Assembly: GCA_033791585.1 (NCBI GenBank)
Contig: JASJGK010000209.1
Coordinates: forward strand, 1-41,527
Length of the DNA stretch: 41,527 bases
Origin: SAR324 cluster bacterium
Lineage (GTDB): Bacteria > SAR324 > XYD2-FULL-50-16
Direction of reading: 5' to 3'
Below the pieces are notes generated by a model. It made no database searches and was not told the origin of the DNA. It saw only the letters and a list, made by a program, of their open reading frames with translations. Both the position numbers and the translations under genes were made by a program. The first letter of the stretch is position 1, and every line of letters begins with the position of its first letter. Positions 27,432-36,996 of this stretch are shown one piece after another.

Positions 27432-27911
27432 ATGAAACGAGCAAACAAAACCCTTATTCTAGGAATTGGTAATATTCTCTTAGCAGATGAAGGTATTGGC
27501 CCTAAAGCTGTTGAAATTTTGCAAGAAAAAAACTTGGTCGGTGTTGATCTACTCGATGGGGGCACAGGTGGCTTTCATCTCTTAGGCGAGGTCGAAGGTT
27601 ATGAAAATTTAATTTTAGTTGATGCTACTTTGGACCAAAATCCGGTAGGATCGATTCGAGTGATCAAACCCAAATTTGCTGCTGATTACCCACCTACCCT
27701 TTCTGCTCACGATGTGGGTTTAAAGGACCTGTTAGATACAGCTGAAGTGATGGGCTTTAAGCCTGATGCCCATTTGGTTGTTATGTCAGTAGAATTGGTT
27801 CAACCTGTGGGCATGCATTTTTCTCCAAATGTTGACAAGGCAATGCCCCAGCTCATTTTAGAAATTGAGACTATCCTGTCTCAAATCCAACAACATGAAT
27901 CAGCGGCTTAA
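27432..27911 (+). CDS. hyaD: Hydrogenase maturation endopeptidase
   Basis: LGIGNILLADEGIG, DGGT, VDA, SAHD. Confidence 0.93.
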   Translation: MKRANKTLILGIGNILLADEGIGPKAVEILQEKNLVGVDLLDGGTGGFHLLGEVEGYENLILVDATLDQNPVGSIRVIKPKFAADYPPTLSAHDVGLKDLLDTAEVMGFKPDAHLVVMSVELVQPVGMHFSPNVDKAMPQLILEIETILSQIQQHESAA

Positions 27912-30138
27912 AATAGAATTATCGGGGGTAGTGCAAGGGGTTGGATTCCGACCCTTTGTGGCCCGATTAGCTGAGAACCTATCCTTATGTGGTGAAATCC
28001 AGAATAATCCTCAAGGTGTGGAGATAGTTCTGGAAGGTTCACCTTCTAGTTTATACACCTTCAAAGAACGTTTAGAATCAGAAAAGCCAGCACAGGCAAA
28101 GTTTTATAACTGGCATGAAACTCACTCTAAAGCTTTAGGCTTAAAGGGCTTTACTATTTCTGAAAGCGTTGAAGGTGGAGAAACCACCGCTGCAATTCTG
28201 CCTGATCTAGCCCCTTGCCCCGAGTGCTTGGAAGAATTAACTGACCCAAATAACCGCAGGTTTGGCTATCCCTTTTTAAATTGTACCCATTGCGGGCCAC
28301 GTTATTCTATCATCAAAAAACTACCTTACGACCGTGATAATACAGTAATGTCGGGATTTAGACTCTGCTCTGAATGTGAAGATGAATACCAAAACCCAAA
28401 AGATAGACGTTACCACGCCCAACCCACTGCCTGCCCCGCCTGTGGCCCCACTTTAAATTACTTCAAAGTCAAAGGCTCTATGGCAATGAAGGGAGCCAGC
28501 GGATTCAAGGCCGCAACGGACTTGATTGAATCCGGAGGAATTTTGGCTTGGAAAGGAGTTGGTGGCTACCTTTTGAGCTGTAGAGCAGACGACGAACAGG
28601 CACTGAAAAATCTAAGAACAGCAAAATCGAGAAAGAGCAAACCCTTTGCCTTGCTGGTTAAAAATATAGAAATGGCGCTTGAGCTTTGTGAAGTCAGTGA
28701 AACTGAAATGGAAGCACTCTGCTCTGTTGAAAATCCCATTGTGATACTCAAGGCTAAAAAAGATAAAGTGGATGGGCTAGTAGCTCCAGATAATCCCTAT
28801 TTGGGCATAATGTTACCTTCTAGCCCCTTGCATCATATGATCATGGCTGAAATTAACTACCCTATTGTTGCAACTAGCGCCAACTCAGCAGGCGAGCCCC
28901 TATCTATTACAGAAGATGAGGCCTTTGAACAGCTAAGCGGGATTGCCGATGGGTTTTTAACCCATAACAGGCCCATATTACGAAGAATTGATGACTCTAT
29001 CGCCCAAGTGGTAAATGAAGATCTCCAAATCCTTAGGAGAGCAAGAGGCTATGCACCTTTGCCTATCTTGGTGAATGAAAAACTACCGAATGCAATTGGT
29101 TTGGGTGGTGATTTAAAATCCACTTTGGCGCTTAGCCGTGGAAACTTGGTTTTTCTTTCCCAACATTTAGGTGATCTTGATGAGCAGCGGGCTCAAGAAT
29201 CCTTTTCTGCTCATTTGATAGACTTGCAAGAGCTACTAGATATCAACCCAGTACAAATTTTTGGTGACCAGCACCCAAGGTATCGCAGCTTAAAGATTGC
29301 TGAAGATTTAGGGCTAGAGGTTGAAAATTTTCAACACCACGCTGCCCACGCCTATGGGTTACGTGCTGAAAGTGGCACAAGGGGCAAGGCGTTGGCCTTT
29401 GTCTGGGATGGTACGGGACTAGGTAAAGACAAGCAAATTTGGGGTGGCGAAGTATTCCAAACAGAGGATCACAATTACCAGCATGTAAAAGGATTAAAAC
29501 CCTTTCGGCTGCTCGGTGGCGAAGTCGCCGCTAAAGAACCCTTACGGATCGCCTTTGCCCTGCTTCATTCGGCCATAGGGGCTGAGGTTGCTACTTCTTG
29601 GGCAAAAAGCCAATTGCATCTTTCAGAGTTTGAAACCTCCTTTTTATCATCCATGGCCCAAACAGGATTGAACAGCCCTGAATGCACCAGTATGGGTCGG
29701 CTTTTTGATGGCATCTCAGCACTTTTAGGGCTGAACTATTATGTTGAATACGAGGGCCAAGCAGCAATGATGCTTGAATGGGCCTTAGATGAGCAGGCCG
29801 AGCAAGCAGATATTTACACCTTTGAAGATTGGGACTGGTCAACCATGATCAAAGAAATTTGGACTGAACTCCAAGCTGGGGTCCCTAAAGAAAAGATTGC
29901 CGCCTCTTTTCACAATAGCCTTGTAGCTGCTATAGTAGCCCAAGCAACTGAGCTTGGAATAAATCAAATTTTAATGACAGGTGGCTGTTTTCAAAATCGC
30001 TATTTGACCACCCTATGTAACAAAGAACTAAAAAAGGTTGGGTTGGAACCCATTTTTCATAAAATTACACCTCCCAATGATGGCTCCCTGGGGTTAGGCC
30101 AGCTTTGGATGGGTGTTCATAATATTAAAGAGGTTTAA
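27895..30138 (+). CDS. hypF: Carbamoyltransferase HypF
   Basis: GVVQGVGFRPFV, Zn fingers CPEC/CTHCGPRY/CSEC/CPACGP, KGVGGY, QHHAAH, DGTGLG, PPNDG. Confidence 0.97.
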   Translation: MNQRLKIELSGVVQGVGFRPFVARLAENLSLCGEIQNNPQGVEIVLEGSPSSLYTFKERLESEKPAQAKFYNWHETHSKALGLKGFTISESVEGGETTAAILPDLAPCPECLEELTDPNNRRFGYPFLNCTHCGPRYSIIKKLPYDRDNTVMSGFRLCSECEDEYQNPKDRRYHAQPTACPACGPTLNYFKVKGSMAMKGASGFKAATDLIESGGILAWKGVGGYLLSCRADDEQALKNLRTAKSRKSKPFALLVKNIEMALELCEVSETEMEALCSVENPIVILKAKKDKVDGLVAPDNPYLGIMLPSSPLHHMIMAEINYPIVATSANSAGEPLSITEDEAFEQLSGIADGFLTHNRPILRRIDDSIAQVVNEDLQILRRARGYAPLPILVNEKLPNAIGLGGDLKSTLALSRGNLVFLSQHLGDLDEQRAQESFSAHLIDLQELLDINPVQIFGDQHPRYRSLKIAEDLGLEVENFQHHAAHAYGLRAESGTRGKALAFVWDGTGLGKDKQIWGGEVFQTEDHNYQHVKGLKPFRLLGGEVAAKEPLRIAFALLHSAIGAEVATSWAKSQLHLSEFETSFLSSMAQTGLNSPECTSMGRLFDGISALLGLNYYVEYEGQAAMMLEWALDEQAEQADIYTFEDWDWSTMIKEIWTELQAGVPKEKIAASFHNSLVAAIVAQATELGINQILMTGGCFQNRYLTTLCNKELKKVGLEPIFHKITPPNDGSLGLGQLWMGVHNIKEV

Positions 30139-30375
30139 ATGTGCCAAGCAATTCCAGGTGAAGTATTAGAAATCATACCTAACTCCGAGCCTCTTGTTGG
30201 CCGTGTAGATTTTCGGGGCCTAGTGCGAAAAATTTGTTTGGACTGTGTTCCAGACGTTGCAATTGGGGAATATGTTATCGTCCATGCAGGTTTCGCTATT
30301 AGTAAAATGGACCAAGAGGAGGCCCAAAAGACCTTAGATCTTTTTGATATTTTAGATGGCCCCGTTGCAGAATAA
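30139..30375 (+). CDS. hypC: HypC chaperone
   Basis: MCQAIPG...GEYVIVHAGFAI. Confidence 0.96.
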   Translation: MCQAIPGEVLEIIPNSEPLVGRVDFRGLVRKICLDCVPDVAIGEYVIVHAGFAISKMDQEEAQKTLDLFDILDGPVAE

Positions 30376-30421
30376 TCGCTGCTTTAAAATCCAATAAAAA
30401 AAGACCACAAAAGGCAAAAAG

Positions 30422-31435
30422 ATGGCCAAAGATAAATTAGTAAAACTACACCAAGGGGCTGGCGGAAGCGGGATGCAAACCCTGCTTGATCAAATCATCC
30501 GTCCAGCTATCAAAAACCCTATACTTGAACAAGGTCACGATGGCGCCTATTTAAATGGTGCTGCCCAAGGCTTGGTCATGACCACAGATTCTTTTGTGGT
30601 GAGCCCCCTCTTTTTCCCTGGCGGTGACATTGGTAAAATCGCAGTTTGCGGCACAGTCAACGATCTTGCCATGTGCGGCGCTAAGCCTCTATTTTTAAGT
30701 TTAGCTATTATAATTGAAGAGGGTTTTCCTTTAGACGATTTAAAAAAAATTATGGAATCCTTAGGAGCCGAGGCCAAGGCCGCTGGGGTTCAGATTGTAA
30801 CAGGCGACACTAAAGTCGTAGAAAAAGGCAAGGGTGATGGAATTTATATTAACACCACAGGTGTCGGCCAAGTGATTGCAAACCATCAATATAAACCAAC
30901 TAACTTGCAAGTTGGCGATGTGATGCTCACAAATGGAGGCCTCGCCGAACATGGTTTGGCCATATTAGCCGCTCGTGAAAACCTACCCTTTGAAACCCCA
31001 CCCCAAAGCGATTGCGCCTGCTTACATGAGCTAGTGCAAATCATGCTTGACGCCTGCCCTAGTATTCGCTTGCTCCGAGACCCTACCCGAGGCGGCATTG
31101 CCGCCTGCGGTAACGAGTTGGCTGAGGCTGCAAGTTTGAGCATTCTGCTGGATGAAACCAGCCTACCCATTAAAAAAGAAACAGCAGCAGCATTGCAAAT
31201 GTTGGGAATTGATCCCCTGCAAGTTGCCAACGAAGGTAAATTAGTAGCCTTTTGCCCCCCTGAAGAGGCAGAAGCTCTGCTTCAAGCTATGAAGAACCAC
31301 CCTTTGGGGTTAGACTCTGCCATTATTGGCAAGGTAGAAGAAAAATCAACCGCACCCCTTTGGATCAAAACCTCCGTGGGGACGAGGCGCATGGTCGAAA
31401 TGCCACTTGGGGAACAGCTACCTAGAATATGCTAA
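30422..31435 (+). CDS. hypE: Carbamoyl dehydratase HypE
   Basis: TTDSFVVSPLFFPGGDIG, GDTKVV, RDPTRGG, C-terminal GEQLPRIC. Confidence 0.97.
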   Translation: MAKDKLVKLHQGAGGSGMQTLLDQIIRPAIKNPILEQGHDGAYLNGAAQGLVMTTDSFVVSPLFFPGGDIGKIAVCGTVNDLAMCGAKPLFLSLAIIIEEGFPLDDLKKIMESLGAEAKAAGVQIVTGDTKVVEKGKGDGIYINTTGVGQVIANHQYKPTNLQVGDVMLTNGGLAEHGLAILAARENLPFETPPQSDCACLHELVQIMLDACPSIRLLRDPTRGGIAACGNELAEAASLSILLDETSLPIKKETAAALQMLGIDPLQVANEGKLVAFCPPEEAEALLQAMKNHPLGLDSAIIGKVEEKSTAPLWIKTSVGTRRMVEMPLGEQLPRIC

Positions 31436-32259
31436 AGTTCGACCGCTTAAAATCTCTGGTTGCTGATAAAAAAGTTCTCTTTTTAGTTTCGGCCTTTAAT
31501 GGAGCGACCCAGGCTGTTTATTCAAGCCTAGGGGGGCTTTTTGGGCAAGTTGCAGTGCATAGTTCAATCGATATTAAGGCGATTAAAAAGTTTGGCCCTG
31601 ACATGATACTCTGCCCCTACCTTTTGGATTATATTCCCGAAGAGGTCTACGAGGCTTACCCTTGCTTTATATTTCACCCTGGCCCCGCCAATGTTGGAGG
31701 CCCGAGCAGCCTTGCCCATAGTATTTTAAGGGGAGACAAAACCTTTTCCATAAGTTTAATCCAAGCAGCAAAAGGTTGGGACAAGGGTCCACTTTGGGCC
31801 GAAGAACAGATCGAGTTAAAGGCTGGTAGCCTTGCCAAAAATTACAGATGCAAGGTCATCCCCAAAGCGGCAGGGCTTTTTACCCAAGCCCTTGTAAATT
31901 ACTTCGAAGGAGCAAAGCCTTTACAAAGAGGTGAGTACCGATACGAGGCAGCTATCAAGCCCAGAGACTTAACCTTTGATTGGACCGAAGATGCGCAGAG
32001 CATTTTAAGTAAAATTTGGGCAGGGGATAATCAACCAGGGGCCTCGGCAACTTTTATGGGGCAAGATTGTTCTTTTTTTTCTGCTTGGGCCTCAACCCCT
32101 TCAGACTCAAAATCGCAAACTGTTGCAGGAGAAGTTTTGAATAAAAAAAATGGCGCTTTAGAGATAGCCTGTGGAAATGGGGCCATTTGGGTTGCCCGTA
32201 TCCAACCCCCAGAATCCCGCAAAAATAGAGCCCACTTAAGCCTACCAGAGGAAGAATGA
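31429..32259 (+). CDS. hypX: HypX/HoxX N-terminal half (N10-formyl-THF formyltransferase-like domain)
   Basis: LFLVSAFNGATQ, PDMILCPYL..IPEE, FHPGP...GPSSL, DKGPLWA, DNQPGA, GAIWV. Confidence 0.85.
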   Translation: MLKFDRLKSLVADKKVLFLVSAFNGATQAVYSSLGGLFGQVAVHSSIDIKAIKKFGPDMILCPYLLDYIPEEVYEAYPCFIFHPGPANVGGPSSLAHSILRGDKTFSISLIQAAKGWDKGPLWAEEQIELKAGSLAKNYRCKVIPKAAGLFTQALVNYFEGAKPLQRGEYRYEAAIKPRDLTFDWTEDAQSILSKIWAGDNQPGASATFMGQDCSFFSAWASTPSDSKSQTVAGEVLNKKNGALEIACGNGAIWVARIQPPESRKNRAHLSLPEEE

Positions 32260-33062
32260 AAATCGCCAGCAAGATCGAAAATAAAGTGGGTCATCTTTAC
32301 TTTGAGGCCTTCAATGGCGCAATGGATTTAGATCATTTGGTAAATTTGCAGGCTGCCTTTTTCGAGCTACAAACCAGCGCTTTAGTGAAGGTAATTGTGC
32401 TCTGGGGTGGGGAAGAATTTTTTAGCAATGGCATAGATTTGGTTTCCATTGAACAAGGCTACAACCCCGCTGTTATGGCTTACCGAAACTTAAAGGCCTT
32501 AAACAAATTAATCACCAGCATTTTGACCTGTAGTGATAAGCTCCTCATTGCCGCATTTAGAGGCCCTGCCGCTGCTGGTGGTGTGATGCTCGGCCTTGCC
32601 TGTGATTTGCGTTATGGCCAAAGCGGCATTGTTTTAAATCCCAACTATGTAAATATGGATCTCTGTGGAAGCGAATATTGGAGCCTTTTGTTGCCTACAA
32701 TTGTGGGCCTTGCCCATGCCCAAAGATTACTCTTGGAAGCTACCCCCATCAGCTTAAATGAGGCTGTAAGCTTGGGCATTATCCATGAAGACATTGAGGC
32801 CGACCTATTTGAAGAAGAGATCACCAAACGTGCAGAATTTTTAGCGAATCAACAATTTGCAGCGAGACTAGCGACAAAGAATTTGTTGTTAGCAAGTTTA
32901 AGAGAAAAGATGAAAGACTTTGAAGCGAGAGAGTTAAAAGCCATGAAAGAAATTTGTAACTCTGAAGACTTTGCTACCTCGAGAAACGACTTTATCAATA
33001 AAAAACCAAAACCCAGCTTTGTGCAAATTGCGTCCAAAAATCTGCACAGGCCCAGCCAATAA
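32256..33062 (+). CDS. hypX: HypX/HoxX C-terminal half (enoyl-CoA hydratase/crotonase-like domain)
   Basis: VGHLYFEAFNGAM, FFSNGIDL, AAAGGVMLGLACD, LNPNY..M.L.GSEYW. Confidence 0.85.
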   Translation: MKIASKIENKVGHLYFEAFNGAMDLDHLVNLQAAFFELQTSALVKVIVLWGGEEFFSNGIDLVSIEQGYNPAVMAYRNLKALNKLITSILTCSDKLLIAAFRGPAAAGGVMLGLACDLRYGQSGIVLNPNYVNMDLCGSEYWSLLLPTIVGLAHAQRLLLEATPISLNEAVSLGIIHEDIEADLFEEEITKRAEFLANQQFAARLATKNLLLASLREKMKDFEARELKAMKEICNSEDFATSRNDFINKKPKPSFVQIASKNLHRPSQ

Positions 33063-33070
33063 GAGAAGAG

Positions 33071-34165
33071 ATGATTACTAACGAAGACTTTTCATCCCAA
33101 GCCCCAGTAGAAGCCCTAAGCCTTAAAATAAAGGAACTGGCAACAGGCATGGCCCCAATTCGGATCATGCACCTTTGCGGCAGCCACGAACATGCCTTAA
33201 ATCAGTATTCCTTAAGGCAGCTTTTACCTGAAACCCTAAGTATAATCCCCGGCCCTGGCTGCCCCGTCTGTGTCTGCCCCGCAGGTTCCATTGATGAAGC
33301 CATTCATTTGAGCAAAATGAACAAGGTCACAGTGCTCACCTTTGGTGATATGCTCAGGGTTCCTGGCACCAAAGAGAGTTTGGCCCAAGCCAAGTCCAAC
33401 GGTGCATCTGTGCAAATGGTTTATAGCCCCTTTGATGCCTTAGATATAGCGAAGGAAAAACCAGAGGAGCAGTTTGTGTTTTTTGCCATTGGTTTTGAAA
33501 CCACCATGGCGGGCGTTGCTGGTTTGATCAAACAGAAACTGCCTGAAAATCTTTATTTCCTCGTAGCAGGCCGCTACATGCCTCCTGTGTTAAAGCTTTT
33601 GATGGAGATCCACGATGACTCCATCCAAGGGTTTTTACTCCCTGGGCATGCCTGTATCATCACAGGTTTAAAGCCTTATAGGTTTATGGAAAAAGAGTTT
33701 AGCCTACCTTGTACAGTTGCAGGTTTTGAGGCGAGCGATGTGCTTTACGGAATCTATTTAACTTTACTGGAAATAAAAGCAGGCACCGCCTCTTTAAAAA
33801 ATGCCTATACAAGGGCTGTAAAGGCAGAAGGAAATGTACACGCACAAGAGATGATGGCCCAAGTGTTCAACCTAAAATCAGGGGTCTGGCGAGGCATAGA
33901 CCAAGTTGAAGATTCGGCCTTCACCTTAAAAAAGGAATATGCTGCCCATGATGCGACCAAACATTTTGACTGCAATACAGGTTTTGAGGCCCAAGGTCAC
34001 CCCCCTGGCTGCCAATGCCACCGCATTATGCTAGGGGAATTAACTCCAGTAGACTGCAAACATTTTAAGGGAAATTGCACCATTGAAAACCCTATTGGCC
34101 CCTGTATGGTATCGCCTGAGGGAACCTGCAACTCTTGGTTGCGCTTTGGCGTAACTGAGGTTTAA
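33071..34165 (+). CDS. hypD: HypD Fe(CN)2CO scaffold
   Basis: CGSH, GPGCPVC, GFETT, PGH, C-terminal Cys cluster and GPCMVSPEGTC. Confidence 0.96.
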   Translation: MITNEDFSSQAPVEALSLKIKELATGMAPIRIMHLCGSHEHALNQYSLRQLLPETLSIIPGPGCPVCVCPAGSIDEAIHLSKMNKVTVLTFGDMLRVPGTKESLAQAKSNGASVQMVYSPFDALDIAKEKPEEQFVFFAIGFETTMAGVAGLIKQKLPENLYFLVAGRYMPPVLKLLMEIHDDSIQGFLLPGHACIITGLKPYRFMEKEFSLPCTVAGFEASDVLYGIYLTLLEIKAGTASLKNAYTRAVKAEGNVHAQEMMAQVFNLKSGVWRGIDQVEDSAFTLKKEYAAHDATKHFDCNTGFEAQGHPPGCQCHRIMLGELTPVDCKHFKGNCTIENPIGPCMVSPEGTCNSWLRFGVTEV

Positions 34166-34173
34166 GGTCAAAA

Positions 34174-34530
34174 ATGCATGAATTATCTATTATCCAATCG
34201 GTTATTGAAAGCCTAACCAAAGAAGTGGAACACAGGGGTGGCGGCAGCATTAGCCAAGTCACTCTTTCCATAGGGAAGTCGAGTGGCGTGTTTGTGGATT
34301 CCTTAGAATTTGCCTTTGAAGCCTGCAAGGTCGGCTCAGTGGCCCAAGGAGCGACGCTAATAATAAACGAACCACCTTTAAAGGGATATTGCCCAACCTG
34401 TGACGAAGAATTCACCCCGCCTGAGGTGAGTTTGGTTTGCCCCAAATGCAGTGGCCCCGCCAATATCAGCGGCGGACAAGAGCTGTTAATTGAGCAGTTT
34501 ATTTTTGACCAAGAGGAGGATGAAACTTAA
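34174..34530 (+). CDS. hypA: Nickel metallochaperone HypA
   Basis: MHELSI, CPTC and CPKC, GGQEL. Confidence 0.96.
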   Translation: MHELSIIQSVIESLTKEVEHRGGGSISQVTLSIGKSSGVFVDSLEFAFEACKVGSVAQGATLIINEPPLKGYCPTCDEEFTPPEVSLVCPKCSGPANISGGQELLIEQFIFDQEEDET

Positions 34531-34543
34531 TGCGAAGCCAATC

Positions 34544-36013
34544 TTAATGCACTGTGCACTGCATACAGGGGTCAAAACTCCGCACAACCATCCAAAGTTC
34601 AGGGCTGACCTTTGCCCCCTCATACCCTAACCCGATTAGCGCCTGCTCACAGGCACCAGCTTGGCCCGAAGCATCTCTAGGGGAAAAATTCCAACTGGTG
34701 GGGGCCACAATTTGGTAACGGCTGATCTTACCCTTTTCAACTTCTATAAAATGCCCCAGGCTACCTCGAGCAGCTTCGATCAAACCATGAGCTTGGCCAT
34801 TTGCAAAGTTTAGGGCGCCATTGGTAAAAAAGGATTTCTGTGGATCAAGTTCAGCAAGCCAGCCCCTCATTAACAGGCATAACCGAGCCACTTCGATCCA
34901 GCGGGCCAGCACCCGAGTCAAAACCGATTGCCCCCAAGCATCGTTCATGCTTGTGGCAAGCTGGTTTTTGTCTATAACTTGCCTTGCTAAAGGACCAACA
35001 GAAATAACCTGCCCCCCATACCGAGGGGCTTTATTGTAGCTGTATTTTTTTTCATCACTGGCAGATTGATCTTGGGAAAGTTCAGTAACCCCCTTTTCAG
35101 GGTGAAGTGGTTTTTTAGGCCCAACCAACCAAGAAGAAAAAAGGTCTTCTGTAATATTGGTTGTATCTAGGGCTTCCAACCTTTCGTTAAAAAATCCCGA
35201 CGCAACCGCTTGGCTTTGGCCCTCACCTTGGTCTTGCTCATAAGCACCAAAACTCATCATAGGGGTGTCTATTTTTCCTAGTTCGGCCCAGCCTTCATCA
35301 AAGGCCACGCTTAACATCATTCCTAAGTCTGAGTTTTTATGCTCCTTGACCCAAACTTCAAGATCACTGGCGGTTTTTAAACCTAAGAATATATCCAAGC
35401 TACAACCATAGGTTTCTGTTTCTAAAAACCCAATCACCTTGGAAAGGCTGTCGCTCAGTTCAGCACGTTCACTTTGGCTGATCGTTTTGGTCAAACCATT
35501 GGGGTGCATGGCAAGGCTGTGAGGCCATTTTCCAGCTAAAGGGCTGAGCATTCCCAATATGGAGCTCCGAATTTCAAGGGCCTTTTTCCAAGAACTTCCC
35601 CCTGTTTTAAACCTACTTTCAACAGCGGGATACCAATCCCGATTTTGATATTCAACCTGCACTAAATCAGGCATAAAATAGAGGTAGAAGTGGGCAAAAA
35701 GATCAGAAAGATTTTCCGTCCCCTGCATTAAATTAAAGGCCAAGTGAGCATTTTTTGGTGGGCTAACACCAGCCAATTTGGCTAAAGCTGACTGGGCTGC
35801 CAATGACTGGGAAACAGAACAAATACCACAAACCCTAGGGGCGATTACCAAGGCATCTAAAGGGTTGCGGCCAACTAACATTTCTTCAAAACCTCGAAAC
35901 ATTGGGGCGGTGATATAGGCAGAGGTTATCTTTTTTCCATCCCCTTCAAGGCGAATTTCTAAATCACCTTCGATTCTGGAAAAGGGGCCCAGTACTGTTT
36001 GCTGTTTTTTCAT
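34544..36013 (-). CDS. hupV: H2-sensing regulatory hydrogenase large subunit (group 2b, HupV/HoxC)
   Basis: GPFSRIEGDLE, APRVCGICSVSQS, ends at DPCMQCTVH-stop with no cleavable tail. Confidence 0.93.
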   Translation of the reverse strand: MKKQQTVLGPFSRIEGDLEIRLEGDGKKITSAYITAPMFRGFEEMLVGRNPLDALVIAPRVCGICSVSQSLAAQSALAKLAGVSPPKNAHLAFNLMQGTENLSDLFAHFYLYFMPDLVQVEYQNRDWYPAVESRFKTGGSSWKKALEIRSSILGMLSPLAGKWPHSLAMHPNGLTKTISQSERAELSDSLSKVIGFLETETYGCSLDIFLGLKTASDLEVWVKEHKNSDLGMMLSVAFDEGWAELGKIDTPMMSFGAYEQDQGEGQSQAVASGFFNERLEALDTTNITEDLFSSWLVGPKKPLHPEKGVTELSQDQSASDEKKYSYNKAPRYGGQVISVGPLARQVIDKNQLATSMNDAWGQSVLTRVLARWIEVARLCLLMRGWLAELDPQKSFFTNGALNFANGQAHGLIEAARGSLGHFIEVEKGKISRYQIVAPTSWNFSPRDASGQAGACEQALIGLGYEGAKVSPELWMVVRSFDPCMQCTVH

Positions 36014-36996
36014 CTGATATTATCTTTGGTTTGTTTCGCGACTTGCACCACACTTGGGCGATTGGAACCTTTTTTTACCCTTTCAGGCGTAGCCGCTTTA
36101 GCCAAAGAAGATAGAGCAACAAACCAAGCCTTGGGCATATCTGTTGGCAATGTGCTGGGAATACCAGCAACCTTTGGGGTTTCTAAATAGGGGTGACCTG
36201 GATTTTGGAAATTTGGAGACGTGCAAGCAATGCATGAATATCCACCTCTAAGACATGAGCCACCACCAGGCCAGAGTCGGATGTTACAGTCTCCTTGGGC
36301 TTGGGTTGCTTTACAGCCATAATTTTCCATCAAACAACCCATATTGTTTGGGGCTAATGCACTGGCCTTATATTCGTAAAACTCATTTCTTGGGCAACCG
36401 TGATGCACCAAAGAGCTAGTGTAAAAAAGAGGCCGATTTAGCTCGTCTAGCTGTAAAGATTCAAAATAAAGCTCACTGAGGCAATCAGCAAACCAACCAG
36501 GGTGAATGGCACAACCGCCTAAATTAATGACTGGGCGACCTGATTTAGAGCGAAATTCCCTCCCCAAAAAACCACCAAAGTTTTTATTGTCATACTGCAA
36601 TCCCATTGCGCCTGCTGGATTTGAGCCAATGGCGCTCATCCCCCCAAAGGCCGTACAGCTACCAACAGCAATAACATCGCCAGCAAGAGCCGTAAGGTCT
36701 TTAATAAGGTCACTCATGGGGGATTTTTCTTTTCCCCCTTTAGAAATCTGATGGGCAAGGCCCCCACTGGCAGTTAAGACGGCCCCTTCCACACAGAGGT
36801 AATCTAATTTTTTTGCCCCTGTTAAGACCTGTTCTATTAAGTCCCAAAAATCAACCCCTGTAGAATTGGTTAATATAGGGTGCCACAAAATATTTATTCC
36901 AAGAGCATCAAAGCGACTTAATAGCTCTGGTTGGAGCAACGTGGATTGGGCGCAACCGCCACAACCACCAGATTGAATCCAAAGCAGGTTACTCAT
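36010..36996 (-). CDS. hupU: H2-sensing regulatory hydrogenase small subunit (HupU/HoxB)
   Basis: No Tat leader; WIQSGGCGGC, HHGCPRNEFYEYKASA, C-terminal PTDMPKAWFVALSSLAKAATP. Confidence 0.93.
   Translation of the reverse strand: MSNLLWIQSGGCGGCAQSTLLQPELLSRFDALGINILWHPILTNSTGVDFWDLIEQVLTGAKKLDYLCVEGAVLTASGGLAHQISKGGKEKSPMSDLIKDLTALAGDVIAVGSCTAFGGMSAIGSNPAGAMGLQYDNKNFGGFLGREFRSKSGRPVINLGGCAIHPGWFADCLSELYFESLQLDELNRPLFYTSSLVHHGCPRNEFYEYKASALAPNNMGCLMENYGCKATQAQGDCNIRLWPGGGSCLRGGYSCIACTSPNFQNPGHPYLETPKVAGIPSTLPTDMPKAWFVALSSLAKAATPERVKKGSNRPSVVQVAKQTKDNIR

Noticed and set aside
32240-32262. Programmed -1 frameshift joining the hypX halves
   Set aside because: No X XXY YYZ slippery heptamer at the junction and no obvious downstream structure.
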